From: a virus
Taxonomy: Duplodnaviria; Caudoviricetes
Reading direction: 5' to 3' (one strand)
DNA: 24,470 nucleotides
Virus record (IMG/VR): IMGVR_UViG_3300042564_002908
Span: 1 to 24,470 of that record
The position numbers and the translations under genes were made by a program. Positions 6,567 through 16,800 of this stretch are shown one piece after another (position 1 is the first letter of the stretch; each line of letters opens with the position of its first letter). A model generated the notes under the pieces. The model was not told the DNA's origin and searched no databases. It saw nothing but the letters and a program-made list of their open reading frames with translations.

Positions 6567-7953
6567 GCTCCTCGAGGCCGTGGGCGACGCGGCCGCGCTC
6601 GTGGGCGTGCGGCCTCGCGAGGTGACCGTGGTGGCGTCGATCCGTTCCGCCAAGACCATGCTTGCCGCGGCCGCCGCCATTCGGGCGACGCAAGTGGTCG
6701 CGTGCGAGCATTTGAAGGCCGGCGAGATTCCGCGCGTGTCGATTCTATCGCTCGACCTCGACCTCGCGCAGGTGGCGCACTCGCACCTCGCGGGCAGCAT
6801 CATGGCTAGCCCGGTGCTGCGCGAGCTCCTCGTGGACGAGCCCCGCGCCGACTCGCTCATGCTGCGTCACCCATCGGGCAGGCCCATCGAGATTTGCACC
6901 GTGGCCGGCAAACGCGCCGGCTCCTCGCTCATTTCGCGCTGGATGGCCGGCGTCATCGTGGACGAAGCGCCACGCATGGCCGGCGAGGGCGATGCCGCCG
7001 TCAACTTCGACGAGACGCGCCGCGTGGTCCTCGGCCGTATGCTCCCCGGTGCGCAGCTGATCGCGATCGGCTCGCCGTGGGCGCCGTTCGGCCCCGTGTT
7101 CGAGCAGGTGCAGGAATCGTGGAAAAAGCCAACGGCCGCGCGCGTGGTCGTGCGTGCGCCGGGCTGGGCGATGAACCCGGACTACTGGACGCCCGAGCGC
7201 ATCGAGGAGCTCCGCGCGAGCGACCCGGATGCCTACCGCGTAGACTGCGCCGCCGAGTTCGCCGCGCCAGAGTCCGCGCTCGTGCCGCCGGATGCCGTGG
7301 CCGCCGCGACGCGCACCCATGGCGACCTCGAGCCCGACCCGCTGCGGTCCTACGTGGCCGCAATGGACGCCGCGACGCGCGGCAATGCGTGGACGCTCGT
7401 GATCATGAGCCGCGACGGCGACAGGCGCCGCATCGACGTGGCGCGTGAGTGGGTGGGCAGCAAGAACGCGCCGCTAAGCGCGACCGCCGTGCTGCGCGAC
7501 ATCGCCGCCATCGCCGCGCGCTACCGCGTGCCCGCCGTATGGTGCGACCAGTGGAGCGCCGACCCGCTGAGTGAGCTCGCGTTGCAACAGGGCCTCACGC
7601 TCCTCCCGCGCATGACGCCGGCGCGAGAGCGATGGGAACAGGCCGCGCGCTTCCGCTCCGAGCTCCTTGAGGGGCGCCTCGAGCTACACCCGCACCCCGC
7701 CATGCGAGAGGACGTGCTCCGCGTCAGGCGCGCCACGACCATGCAGGGCGTGCGCCTCGAGCTACCGACCGCCGGCGACGGCCGCCACTGCGACTTTGTG
7801 CCGAGTCTCATGCTCGCCAGCGCGCAATTCGTGCCCGACCGAAGGCCGGCGCCGCATGAACGCAACACCGAGGCGTGGTACGAAGCGGAGGCCGCGCGCA
7901 TCGAGCGCGCCGCAGAGGACGCCGGCAGACGTGCCGCGCGCCGGAGATGGTGA
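6337..7953 (+). CDS. terL: Terminase large subunit (start either GTG 6337 or GTG 6439)
   Basis: Adenine-binding TPLQ, variant Walker A ASIRSAKT, Walker B VIVDEA, coupling motif IGSPW, AEF linker, RNase H-like VAAMDAA, WCDQW, GRHCD. Immediately precedes the portal. Confidence 0.9.
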   Translation: MTWAATRARSSRGRESSTSGSPLLQAYWSHQRREVLGSLESLLTHRLGFALTTATPLQRQLARLVDGDPTLDPSNPELLEAVGDAAALVGVRPREVTVVASIRSAKTMLAAAAAIRATQVVACEHLKAGEIPRVSILSLDLDLAQVAHSHLAGSIMASPVLRELLVDEPRADSLMLRHPSGRPIEICTVAGKRAGSSLISRWMAGVIVDEAPRMAGEGDAAVNFDETRRVVLGRMLPGAQLIAIGSPWAPFGPVFEQVQESWKKPTAARVVVRAPGWAMNPDYWTPERIEELRASDPDAYRVDCAAEFAAPESALVPPDAVAAATRTHGDLEPDPLRSYVAAMDAATRGNAWTLVIMSRDGDRRRIDVAREWVGSKNAPLSATAVLRDIAAIAARYRVPAVWCDQWSADPLSELALQQGLTLLPRMTPARERWEQAARFRSELLEGRLELHPHPAMREDVLRVRRATTMQGVRLELPTAGDGRHCDFVPSLMLASAQFVPDRRPAPHERNTEAWYEAEAARIERAAEDAGRRAARRRW

Positions 7954-7954
7954 C

Positions 7955-9760
7955 ATGACGACGCAAACGCAAAGCATCCGATGGTGGACCCTTCCGATCG
8001 AATCACGCACCGCGCTGGACGGCGTATGGTCCACGGTGCGCGAGCTCGACACGCTCGATCAGACGCGCCTCGACGCATGGGCGCGCTACATCGAGGCCTA
8101 CGGCGTCGAGCTCCCGACGCAGGGCCGCAAGGGCAGCCCGTATCGGCGCATCGACGAGGAGGCCCTCGTCCCCAACAAGTACCGGCGCATCCTCGACACG
8201 ATCCACGCGAAGATCATTCGCAACAAGGTGCTCCCGCAGACGGTCTCGACCGGTGGCGACTACTCGACGCGCACGCGAGCCAAGGGTCTGAGCCTTTTCC
8301 TTGAAGGCCTCTTCGCCACGGAACGCATCGACACGATCGCGGACATGGCGTGTCGCGACGGGCTGCTCACGGGCCTCGCCGCCGTGAAGGTGTACGACGA
8401 GCCCAGCCGCGTGGCCTTTGAGCGCCTCAAACCCTGGTGCCTGAAGCTCCGCGAGGCCGAATGCAACGGAGGCACGCCCCGCCGGCTGTACTACGTGGAC
8501 GACTTCGACCGCGGCGTGCTCGCGGACATGTTCCCCGAGTCCGAGGCCGCCATCATGAGCGCGCCGCCGCCGTCGAACATCGGGGCAACGCGCTTGACCG
8601 ACGCCTACAACCCGCAGGCCGTGCGCGTGTGCGAGGCATGGGCCATCGGCACCGCCGACAGCCCCGGACGCCACCACATCAGCATCGAAGGGCACACCCT
8701 GCTTGACGAGGAGTGGACCGCCGACACGTTCCCCGTGGCGATCCTGCGATTCTACGCGCCGCCGGTGGGGTTCTATCCCGTGAGCCTCGCCAAGCTCATC
8801 CTCCCGATTCAACGCGAGCTCGAGTTCACGGCCGTGAAGCTCCAGCAGACCTTCAAGCTCATGAGCCACGCGCATTTTATCGTGGCGCCCGGCGTGGAGT
8901 TCACGACCGAGCAAATGACCAACGAGCCCGGCACGATTTGGCGCGCCAACCCTGGGCAGATTCAGCCGTTCGCGCCGCCGTCCGTGGCCGCGGACCTCTA
9001 CCGGTACTTCACGGACCTAGGCCCCATGATGACCGAAATGTCGGGCGCAAGCGCCATGAGCGTGGCGAACCAAAAGCCCGGCGGCGTCACGAGCGGCATC
9101 GCCATTCAGACGCTCGACGACGTGGAGGCCGAGGGCTTCTTGGCGATGCACCGCGCATGGACAGATTGGCACATTCAGATCGCCAAGCTCGCCATCGACG
9201 CCGCCGCGCGCGTGGCCGAAGCCGATCCCAAGTTTGCCGTGCGAATCGTGGGCAAAAGCCGCGCGTCCGTCATGCGGTGGCGCGAAGTGGCGATGGACGA
9301 GGACGACTACGCGATCCGCGTCATGCCGATCAGCCAATTCGCCCGCGACCTCGCGAGCCGAATCGACCAAGCGGAGAAACTCTTGCAGCTTGGCGCCATC
9401 GGTATCCCCGAGTTCCGCGAGGTGCTCGACCTCGCCGACCTGCAAGCGCAGAACGACATGGACCTAAGCGACCAGCACATCATCGATCGCAACATCGAAG
9501 CGATCCTGGCGCGTCAAATGCCGGTCATCGCCGAGCCCTTCGATAACCTCGCGATGATCGTCGCGCGCGGTGCAAAGGCCTACAACCTTGCTCGCCTCGA
9601 GGACGCCGACCCCGTGAGCCTCGAGCTCCTGCGCCGCTACATCACGAGCGCCCAAGACCTCACGCAGGCCATGCAACCGCCACCGCCTCCCGCCGCTCCT
9701 GGCGGAGGCCTCCCGCCGGAGCTCGCACAGATGGCAGGCCCGGCACCCGCACTAGCCTGA
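7955..9760 (+). CDS. Portal protein (P22-like, about 601 aa)
   Basis: Position after TerL and size. EMSGAS...TSGIAIQ clip-type motif and Pro-rich C-terminal tail. Start moved to ATG 7955 (GGAG/GGTG SD). Confidence 0.85.
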   Translation: MTTQTQSIRWWTLPIESRTALDGVWSTVRELDTLDQTRLDAWARYIEAYGVELPTQGRKGSPYRRIDEEALVPNKYRRILDTIHAKIIRNKVLPQTVSTGGDYSTRTRAKGLSLFLEGLFATERIDTIADMACRDGLLTGLAAVKVYDEPSRVAFERLKPWCLKLREAECNGGTPRRLYYVDDFDRGVLADMFPESEAAIMSAPPPSNIGATRLTDAYNPQAVRVCEAWAIGTADSPGRHHISIEGHTLLDEEWTADTFPVAILRFYAPPVGFYPVSLAKLILPIQRELEFTAVKLQQTFKLMSHAHFIVAPGVEFTTEQMTNEPGTIWRANPGQIQPFAPPSVAADLYRYFTDLGPMMTEMSGASAMSVANQKPGGVTSGIAIQTLDDVEAEGFLAMHRAWTDWHIQIAKLAIDAAARVAEADPKFAVRIVGKSRASVMRWREVAMDEDDYAIRVMPISQFARDLASRIDQAEKLLQLGAIGIPEFREVLDLADLQAQNDMDLSDQHIIDRNIEAILARQMPVIAEPFDNLAMIVARGAKAYNLARLEDADPVSLELLRRYITSAQDLTQAMQPPPPPAAPGGGLPPELAQMAGPAPALA

Positions 9761-9782
9761 GCGGACCACCAAAGGACAGCCA

Positions 9783-10793
9783 ATGAACATCGAACAAAGC
9801 GCGCCAAGGGCGCAAGCCCCCGCAGAGCCCGCAGCGCAATTCGCCGGCATCAACGGCAACGAGCGCAACGACCGACGCGCAGCCGCATTGGCCGCGCTCC
9901 GCGCCGCGAACAAAGAGCCCGCGCAGCAGGCCCCAGCGCCCCGCCAAGAGCCCGCCGCGACGCAGACGGACGACGACACGCCCGACGAGCGCCCAACGAT
10001 GCTACAGGCCGCAGAGGCCGAAGAACACGACGAGCCCGAGGACCGCATCAGCGCCGTGGTGCGCGCGCGTGAGAAGGCCAACCGGCTGCGCCGCGAGGCC
10101 GAAGCGCAGCGCGCCGAGGTGGAGCGCGACCGGATGCGCCTCGACCTCGAGCGCCGCGAGGTGGAGCAACTGCGCCGAGCTCGAGAGGCCATGCAGCGCG
10201 ACCCCATCGCCGGCCTCAAAGAACTCGGCGTGGACCTTCGCGACCTCACCGAGCGCGCCGCCATGGACGGCACGCCGGAAGCGCAGTTCCGCGCGCTCCA
10301 AGAGCAGATCGCCAAACAAGCGAAGGAGCTCGAGGACTACCGCACCGGGCAGGCCCAGCGGGAGATGAGCCAACAGCGCGCCGCGGCGGAGCACCAGTTC
10401 TTCGCGCTCGCGAAGGATGAGGAGGCGTTCCCCTACTTGGCCGCGCGTGCCGAGCTGCACCCCGAGCTCGTCAAGCAACAGGCCTACCAGCTCCAGGACG
10501 ACTACTACAAGCAGACCGGCAAAGTTCCGAGCCTGAACGACATCGCGGAAGCCCTGGACTACCTCGCGTCCGAAGAGTATCGTCACGTCAACGAGCGCGC
10601 AGCTCGCCGCGGCACCAGCTCGCCGCGCACCGGAACGGTATCCGCAGCAGGCAAACCGAAGCCCTCCCGCACGTTGAGCACGTCGAGAGCCGGCGAGAAG
10701 AGTTCCGCTGCGCCAGACACGGCGCACATGTCACGCGATGCCCGAAGGGATTACATCGTCGGCATGTTGAAGGCGGGGCGTCTCAACGGCTGA
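9783..10793 (+). CDS. Capsid scaffolding protein
   Basis: Lies between portal and capsid genes; AAGGA SD. Acidic disordered N-terminus, long charged coiled coil, basic C-terminal helix. Confidence 0.75.
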   Translation: MNIEQSAPRAQAPAEPAAQFAGINGNERNDRRAAALAALRAANKEPAQQAPAPRQEPAATQTDDDTPDERPTMLQAAEAEEHDEPEDRISAVVRAREKANRLRREAEAQRAEVERDRMRLDLERREVEQLRRAREAMQRDPIAGLKELGVDLRDLTERAAMDGTPEAQFRALQEQIAKQAKELEDYRTGQAQREMSQQRAAAEHQFFALAKDEEAFPYLAARAELHPELVKQQAYQLQDDYYKQTGKVPSLNDIAEALDYLASEEYRHVNERAARRGTSSPRTGTVSAAGKPKPSRTLSTSRAGEKSSAAPDTAHMSRDARRDYIVGMLKAGRLNG

Positions 10794-10804
10794 CGGTGAC
10801 CGGT

Positions 10805-10831
10805 GGCGGGGGGAACCCACAACCTCCCGCC
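10805..10831 (+). promoter_or_regulatory. GC-rich stem-loop in the capsid gene leader
   Basis: GGCGGGGGG / CCTCCCGCC 9-bp stem (one G-U) with loop AACCCACAA, ending 13 nt before the capsid ATG; no U-tract. Confidence 0.55.
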
Positions 10832-10844
10832 TACTGAGACCATC

Positions 10845-12167
10845 ATGCCCGTTTTGGACACTGCATCTGCCGCATCTATCATCAAATTCCTGTACCCGGA
10901 CTACACGGTCCCGCGTGAGCTCCGCAAGAATAACCCCTTCTTCGCGATGCTCGCCAAGAAGACCAACTTTGTCGGTAAGTCCGTTGACGTTCCGCTGACC
11001 ATCAACTCGATCCAGGGTGGCGGCGCGACATTCAGCGGCGCAAAGGCCGCCTCGGAGACCTCGCAGGCCTACAACGACACCTACAAGACCTTCACGCTGA
11101 CGCGCAAAAGCGACTACTCGCTGGCGACCATCAGCGGCGAGGCGATGAAGGCCGCCGTCATGGATGAAGGCGCCATGGTGGATTTGTTCCAGGACACGAT
11201 GGATCTCGCGATGTTCACCGCGATGCGTTCCATCGCGCGCCACCTCTTCCGCGACGGCACGGGCACGATCGGTAAGGTTGGCAGCATCGCCACCGCGACG
11301 ATCACGCTCGCGACCCCAAGCGACGCCTACAATTTCAGCCTTGGCGAGCGCCTCAGTGTCTTCTCTGGCACCGGCGGCACGGCGTTCATGTACGATACCG
11401 TGATCAACTCCACGGTCACGACGCCGATCCGCGTCACCGCCGTGGACCGCAAGGCCGGCACCATCACCGTCAACGACGGCACCAGCATTGCCGCGGGCCA
11501 CTACCTCGCGCGCGCGACCGATCGCACCGTCGCGACCTCGAACGCGACCGTCTTCACGAACTCCAACGTGGTCACCGGCATGAAGCAGTGGATCGCCGGT
11601 TCCGATCTCGGCGTAGCAACCGGCCTTTCCACCTCGGCGTTCTTCCCGGCGGACATTTACGGCCTCACCCGTACCTCGGATAAGACCAGTCTTGGTGGCT
11701 CGCTCCTCGATTGCACCGGCGCCTCGCCAGACGAAGCGATCATCCAGCTCGTGAGCGACATCGCCGCGGAAGGCGGCCGCCCGGACCACTGCTTTATGCA
11801 CCCGCGCGATTTCGCGGCCCTGAACAAGTTCCTCGGCTCGCGCACCGTCTACGACCGCGCCGTGAGCATCGAGGACGCGGAGATCGGCTTCCAGAGCATC
11901 GTGCTCATGGGCGACACCGGCCCCGTCAAGTGCGTTGCGGACATCAACGTCCCGCAGTCTGAGATCTTCGCGGTCCAAATGGACACGTGGGACCTCTTCT
12001 CGCTTAACGCGGCCCCGCACATCCTCGATTACGATACCAATCAGTTCCTCCGCGTGAGCGATGACGACGCCTACCAGATCCGCGTCGGCTCCTACGGTAA
12101 CCTGCGTTGTCGCGCTCCGGGCTTCAACGGCCGCGGCAAAAACTTCCTCGCGGCAACGGTGTACTGA
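10845..12167 (+). CDS. Major capsid protein (HK97 fold inferred) with a beta-rich insertion domain
   Basis: Position after scaffold; 440 aa. NPFFAML, RHLFRDGTG, PDHCFMHPRDFAAL and YGNLRCRAPGFNG patterns. Start moved to ATG 10845. Confidence 0.88.
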   Translation: MPVLDTASAASIIKFLYPDYTVPRELRKNNPFFAMLAKKTNFVGKSVDVPLTINSIQGGGATFSGAKAASETSQAYNDTYKTFTLTRKSDYSLATISGEAMKAAVMDEGAMVDLFQDTMDLAMFTAMRSIARHLFRDGTGTIGKVGSIATATITLATPSDAYNFSLGERLSVFSGTGGTAFMYDTVINSTVTTPIRVTAVDRKAGTITVNDGTSIAAGHYLARATDRTVATSNATVFTNSNVVTGMKQWIAGSDLGVATGLSTSAFFPADIYGLTRTSDKTSLGGSLLDCTGASPDEAIIQLVSDIAAEGGRPDHCFMHPRDFAALNKFLGSRTVYDRAVSIEDAEIGFQSIVLMGDTGPVKCVADINVPQSEIFAVQMDTWDLFSLNAAPHILDYDTNQFLRVSDDDAYQIRVGSYGNLRCRAPGFNGRGKNFLAATVY

Positions 12168-12553
12168 TGGCCGGGCGTTCCTTCATCCAGCTCCTCGGGG
12201 CTCTCGACCCCGGCGTTGTTGTGCTCGGCATTTCGTTCGGGCCGAACGGCTCGAGCGCGATCGACCAAACGACCATCCGTGGCCGCGGCGTCGCCAGCGT
12301 TGCGCGTAGCGCAGCCGGCGTGTTCACCGTGACCCTCTCGGACGTGTACACCGCGGTTCTCTCGGCCACGGCCACGCTCCAACTGGCAAACAGCGACGAC
12401 AAGTTCGTGTCGAACCTCGGTACGATCGACTTGTCCGCCAAGACCATCGTCGTCCGCGTGTACGACGTGAGCGGCGCAGCGTTCTCGGACGTGGCCGCTG
12501 ACGCGAACAACCGCATCAACCTCACCCTCGTGCTCAAGAATTCGAGCGTCTGA
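12167..12553 (+). CDS. Virion structural protein, likely capsid decoration/cement (128 aa)
   Basis: TGATG coupling to the capsid stop. Beta-rich, with VASVARSAAGVFTVTL motif. Confidence 0.65.
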   Translation: MAGRSFIQLLGALDPGVVVLGISFGPNGSSAIDQTTIRGRGVASVARSAAGVFTVTLSDVYTAVLSATATLQLANSDDKFVSNLGTIDLSAKTIVVRVYDVSGAAFSDVAADANNRINLTLVLKNSSV

Positions 12554-12762
12554 TGAAGAAGCCCGCGCTCTTGATTGCCCTTGGCCGCGGCCCAAAGGGT
12601 GGGGACAGCGAAGAAGAGGACGCCCCGTCATCGAGCGAAGGCTACTCGCCCGAGGAGAAAAAAGCCCTCGCCGGTGACGTGCTCGACGCGGTAAAGGCAG
12701 GCGACAAGACAGCCCTGGCGGACGCCCTCGAGGCGTTCACCATGGCTTGCATGGAGGATTGA
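12553..12762 (+). CDS. Small acidic hypothetical protein (69 aa)
   Basis: TGATG-coupled and fills the gap. C-terminal helical DVLDAVKAGDKTALADALEAF. Confidence 0.75.
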   Translation: MKKPALLIALGRGPKGGDSEEEDAPSSSEGYSPEEKKALAGDVLDAVKAGDKTALADALEAFTMACMED

Positions 12763-12766
12763 GAGA

Positions 12767-13456
12767 ATGGCACGCAGTCGGACGCTTGCAGATATGCGCT
12801 CAGACGTTCGGCTGCGTGCCGATCTCGTCGGGAATCAGTTCGTCACCGACTCGGAAATCAACGAGTACCTCAACCAAGCCCTCGCCGAATTCTACGATCG
12901 GCTTGTGGGCGCTCGAGGCCAAGAGTACTACGCCACCGAGCAGGTCATCACGACGACCGGCGCCGAGTCCTACGCGCTCCCGGCGACGCACTACGAGACT
13001 CTGTACGTGGAGCTCGAGGACGGCGGCGCCCGCGTCCGGCTCGGTTCCTACAGTTTCCACGAGCGCGCAAGGCTCCTCGGCACCTCGGCACCCAACCCCG
13101 GCCGCCCGGTGGCGTTCCGCATCATCGCGGGCAACATCACCTTTCTTCCGGCGCCGACCGCCGGCTACACGATCCGGCACTGGTACGCGCCCGCCTCGCC
13201 GCGGCTCACCCTCGACGCCGACACATGGGACGGCGTAGACGGCTGGGAAGAGTATGCGATCTGGCGCGCCGTGGCCTACTGCCAGCAAAAAGAGCAGCTT
13301 GACGTTTCGTTTTCGATGGGAATGGTCCAGCAGCTTGGCGCGCGCATCGACCGCCTCGCCCCGTTCCGCGCGACCCAGAACACCGAGCGCGTCACCAACG
13401 TCTACGGCTCGCGCACGCTCGACGGCGACCCTAGCCGATTGCTCCCGAGGCCCTAA
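12767..13456 (+). CDS. Head-tail adaptor (podovirus gatekeeper-type)
   Basis: GGAGG SD. N-terminal TLADMRSDVR...EINEYLNQAL helices, central beta domain (YALP...FLPAP...Y), C-terminal helices; position after capsid genes. Confidence 0.78.
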   Translation: MARSRTLADMRSDVRLRADLVGNQFVTDSEINEYLNQALAEFYDRLVGARGQEYYATEQVITTTGAESYALPATHYETLYVELEDGGARVRLGSYSFHERARLLGTSAPNPGRPVAFRIIAGNITFLPAPTAGYTIRHWYAPASPRLTLDADTWDGVDGWEEYAIWRAVAYCQQKEQLDVSFSMGMVQQLGARIDRLAPFRATQNTERVTNVYGSRTLDGDPSRLLPRP

Positions 13457-13894
13457 ATGGCCGCCCCGCTCACCAGACGGCCGCAGCTCCTCGCCCAGCT
13501 CACGAGCACCCTCAAGACCATCCCCACGCGCGTGCTGCGCACCGAGGAGGCCGCGACGACGGACGCGCAGCGCCAATCGCAGGCCGGCTTCACGCGCACC
13601 AACGAAGCGATCGACGCTATCAACGCGCTGAAGCAAGTGCCGTTCGGCGCCGGACAGTTCCTGACCGTGCCGGACGGCAAAGGTGGGCGGAACGAGCTCA
13701 TTACCTTTGCGGCGCCGGGAACCTATTTCCTCCCGCACACCCTCGGCCGCCCCGTCGAGGGATTCATCGTCGTGGACACACAGACCAGCGGCAACCACCG
13801 CACGCACCGCGTCGCGCAGTCACGCAGCGCCGATGAAAAAACAATCGAGCTCCACGTGCAGGCCGCGTGCGCTCTGAAAATTTGGGTATGGTGA
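13457..13894 (+). CDS. Small tail-associated structural protein (short helix plus beta domain)
   Basis: GAGG SD; abuts the adaptor stop. HTLGRPVEGFIVV motif and terminal LKIWVW strand. Confidence 0.65.
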   Translation: MAAPLTRRPQLLAQLTSTLKTIPTRVLRTEEAATTDAQRQSQAGFTRTNEAIDAINALKQVPFGAGQFLTVPDGKGGRNELITFAAPGTYFLPHTLGRPVEGFIVVDTQTSGNHRTHRVAQSRSADEKTIELHVQAACALKIWVW

Positions 13895-13897
13895 CGC

Positions 13898-16800
13898 ATG
13901 GCTGAAGCATCCAAACCGGGCGAAGGCGCCATCGTTCGCGCCGACTTTGGCGGCGGCATCGATCAGAGCCTCGACGCATGGCGCGTGCCGCCTAGTCAGC
14001 TTTCCGATCTCACCAACGGGCGCCTCGACACGCCCGGCAGCGTGCGCAAACGCTACGGCTACCAGACGACGACCCCACCGCTCAACGACGCCGGCGCGCC
14101 CATCGCCGCGCTCGCGCTGCGCGATCAAACGGTCGTGCTCGACGCCGCGCGTGACAACGCCATCGACGACGGCGCAAGTGGCTCGAGCGCCTCGGCGCGC
14201 ATCCTTAACGAGTGCGGCTACGTGGCGCGTCAATACGCACCGAGTAGCACAAACGATTGGGTGACCGTGGGCGCCGTGTCGGACGTAATCGGCGACGTGA
14301 CCAGCTACGACGCCGGCGCCGCCAACTTCGACGACGCTTGGGACATCGCCGCCACGGAAAATTTCGTGTTCGTGGCCCGCATCACGCGCGCAAAGCAGGT
14401 GACAGGCGCAACCGGCACCGCCGTGACGCTCACGGTGAGCCAATACGACGCGCAGACGCGCGCGCTCATTGACTCGGCCTCCACGACCGTGAGCGGCCGC
14501 GTCTATCCAAAGATCCTGGCGTTCCAGTCCGTGAGCACGCTCGTGATTTCGGTGGCCTTCCCCGATCGCACGTTCGGCGGCTTCCCCGGCGCTGTTACCC
14601 CGGCCACGGTGGACCTTTACACGTGCACTTACACGGCCACGGGCCTCGGCTCGCTCGTGAACGGCTATTCCAGCGCGGGCGCGCTCGATTGCGACTGGTG
14701 GGAGCTCACGGCGTTCCGCTACACGACCGCGGAGCGGTATCGGCCCCTTTGCCCCTACGACATCGCCAGCGACGGCGTGAACCTTTTTCTCGCCGTCTAC
14801 TCGTCCCGCACGACGACCTACCGGCTGCAACGGTGGACGGTCACCGCCGGCTCGCTCGCCCTGAGCGCGCAGGCCAACACCGCCAAAATCGGCGCGCTCG
14901 CCGTCGTGGCCGTGTCGCTCGAGCTCTTTGGCAACCGCCTCTACTTGGGCGGCGTGGCCCTATCGGTCAACCTCGCAGCCGCGCTTCCGTGGCAGCCTAC
15001 CGCCGGCGTGCTGCAAATGCACGTCATCACGACCACCGGCCTCGCCCTCGTGTCATCGGGCAGCACCGCGATCGCGCTCGTGCAGGCTGGCGCGTGTCCC
15101 GTCGTGGGCACGGTCACCGTGGCGCAGACGCTCGAAAACCTGAGCCTTGGCTACGACGAGGCCGCAGTCTTCGCCGAGCTCATCCAGATCGACCAGACCG
15201 CGCCAGAAAACGTGCTCGCCCGCTACGTCCACCACTTTTCGATCCGCACCGACACCGGATTCGCGGTCCAAGACCAGTACATGAGCGCCGCAACGCCCAC
15301 CGCGCGCGCGTTCCGGCTCACGTACTTTGCCAAGGTCGCGCAAACGAACCGCCTCCCGGTGCGCCTCCCGCTCGGCCTCGGTTCGTCCTATTCGACGTGG
15401 CAGGGTCGCGACACCAGCAACGTGCTCCAGACCGAGAAGTTTGCGAACTACCCCGGCGACATCGGCACCATGGTCCTCACTGGACCAAACGACCACCGCA
15501 CGACGCTCGCGAGCTCGCCCGCGCAAACGCTCATCCCGCGCCTTCTTCCGACCGCCCCGCCTCGCCCATTCTACCGAGGCAACCGATGGCACATCCCGCA
15601 CCGCTTTGCCGTGGACGGTTCCGGCGGCTTCGCCTTCGCCATCGTCACGCTCGAGCCGCGCGCACCCGGTGACGCCCTCGGCACCGCCTACGGCGCAAGC
15701 CTACAAACCGCCGGCGGACTCGTCCAAACCATCGACGGCAAGCAGGCCGCAGAGACGGCGATCGTGGATCGCCCCTACATCGGCAGCGTTGGCCAAAATG
15801 GCGGCGGCGTGCAAGTAGACTTCCAAGACGGCGACTATTTGTTGCAAGCCGTGCTCGCGTACCGCGACGCCCAAGGCAACGTGCACCGCTCCGCGCCGTC
15901 AGACCCTTGCCGCGTGACCGTCAGCGGCGCGCAGGACACTTGGACGATCTATCATTCCGGCGCCAGCTACTTGAACCGCGACGACGCCACGATCGAATTC
16001 TACGTGACCGAGCCCGACGGCACGATCCTGCGTCGGTGGACATCCGTACCCACCGCCAACTTGCCCGGCATCAGCGCAACCACCATCCGCGACGCGGGCA
16101 CGCTCGCGGCTACCTCGCTCGGCCTCCCCGACCTTGACGCGCCGACAATCTACACGACCGGCGGCGTGCTTCCGTTCGTGCCCGTCGCGAGCGCACGCTT
16201 CGCCGTCAACTACCGGAACCGGCTCCTCGTGGGCGGGGCCGACGACCCGCGGAGCGTCTACTATAGCAACGCCCCCGTGGCGAATCAGGCCCCCTCGTTC
16301 GCCGTGGGCAACGTCATCCGCATGGAGCACGACGGCGGATGCACCGCCGCCGGCACCCTGAACGATAAACTTATCCTCTTCACGGAGAGTTCGATTCACG
16401 CCACGTACGGGCAATTCCGCGACGAGACCGGCGCAGGCTCCGCGCTGAGCGACCCCGAGTCGATTCACGATTTCATCGGGTGCACGTTCCCGGCGAGCGT
16501 CGTCAGCATCCCGCCGGGCCTGCTATTCTTTGGCAGTGACAGCCGCTTCTATTTGATCGGCGAGCGCCTCGATTTGCAGCCCATCGGCCTCCCGGTGCAG
16601 GACATCACCTCAGGCCAGTACCCTTACGACGCCGTGATCGCCGCCGTGCACATCGCCGAGGAGCACGAAGTGCGCTTCTACGTCCAGACCTCGACCTTAG
16701 GCGCCAAGCAGGTCCTCGTCTATAACTACGCCGTGAATCAGTGGAGTCGCGACGTGCTGCGCACCCGCGAGGACGGCACATGGACCGCAGCGACAAGCAG

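Noticed and set aside
10805-10831. Hairpin as a Rho-independent terminator
   Set aside because: No U-tract on either strand, and it lies mid-operon directly before the capsid gene.
10731-12020. 429-aa minus-strand ORF opposite the capsid gene
   Set aside because: Codon-register mirror of a strongly biased gene; no independent coding signal.
14623-15672. 349-aa Arg/Pro-rich alternate-frame ORF inside the nozzle gene, and many similar ORFs in the track
   Set aside because: Composition is typical of off-frame GC-rich sequence; no SD or motifs.
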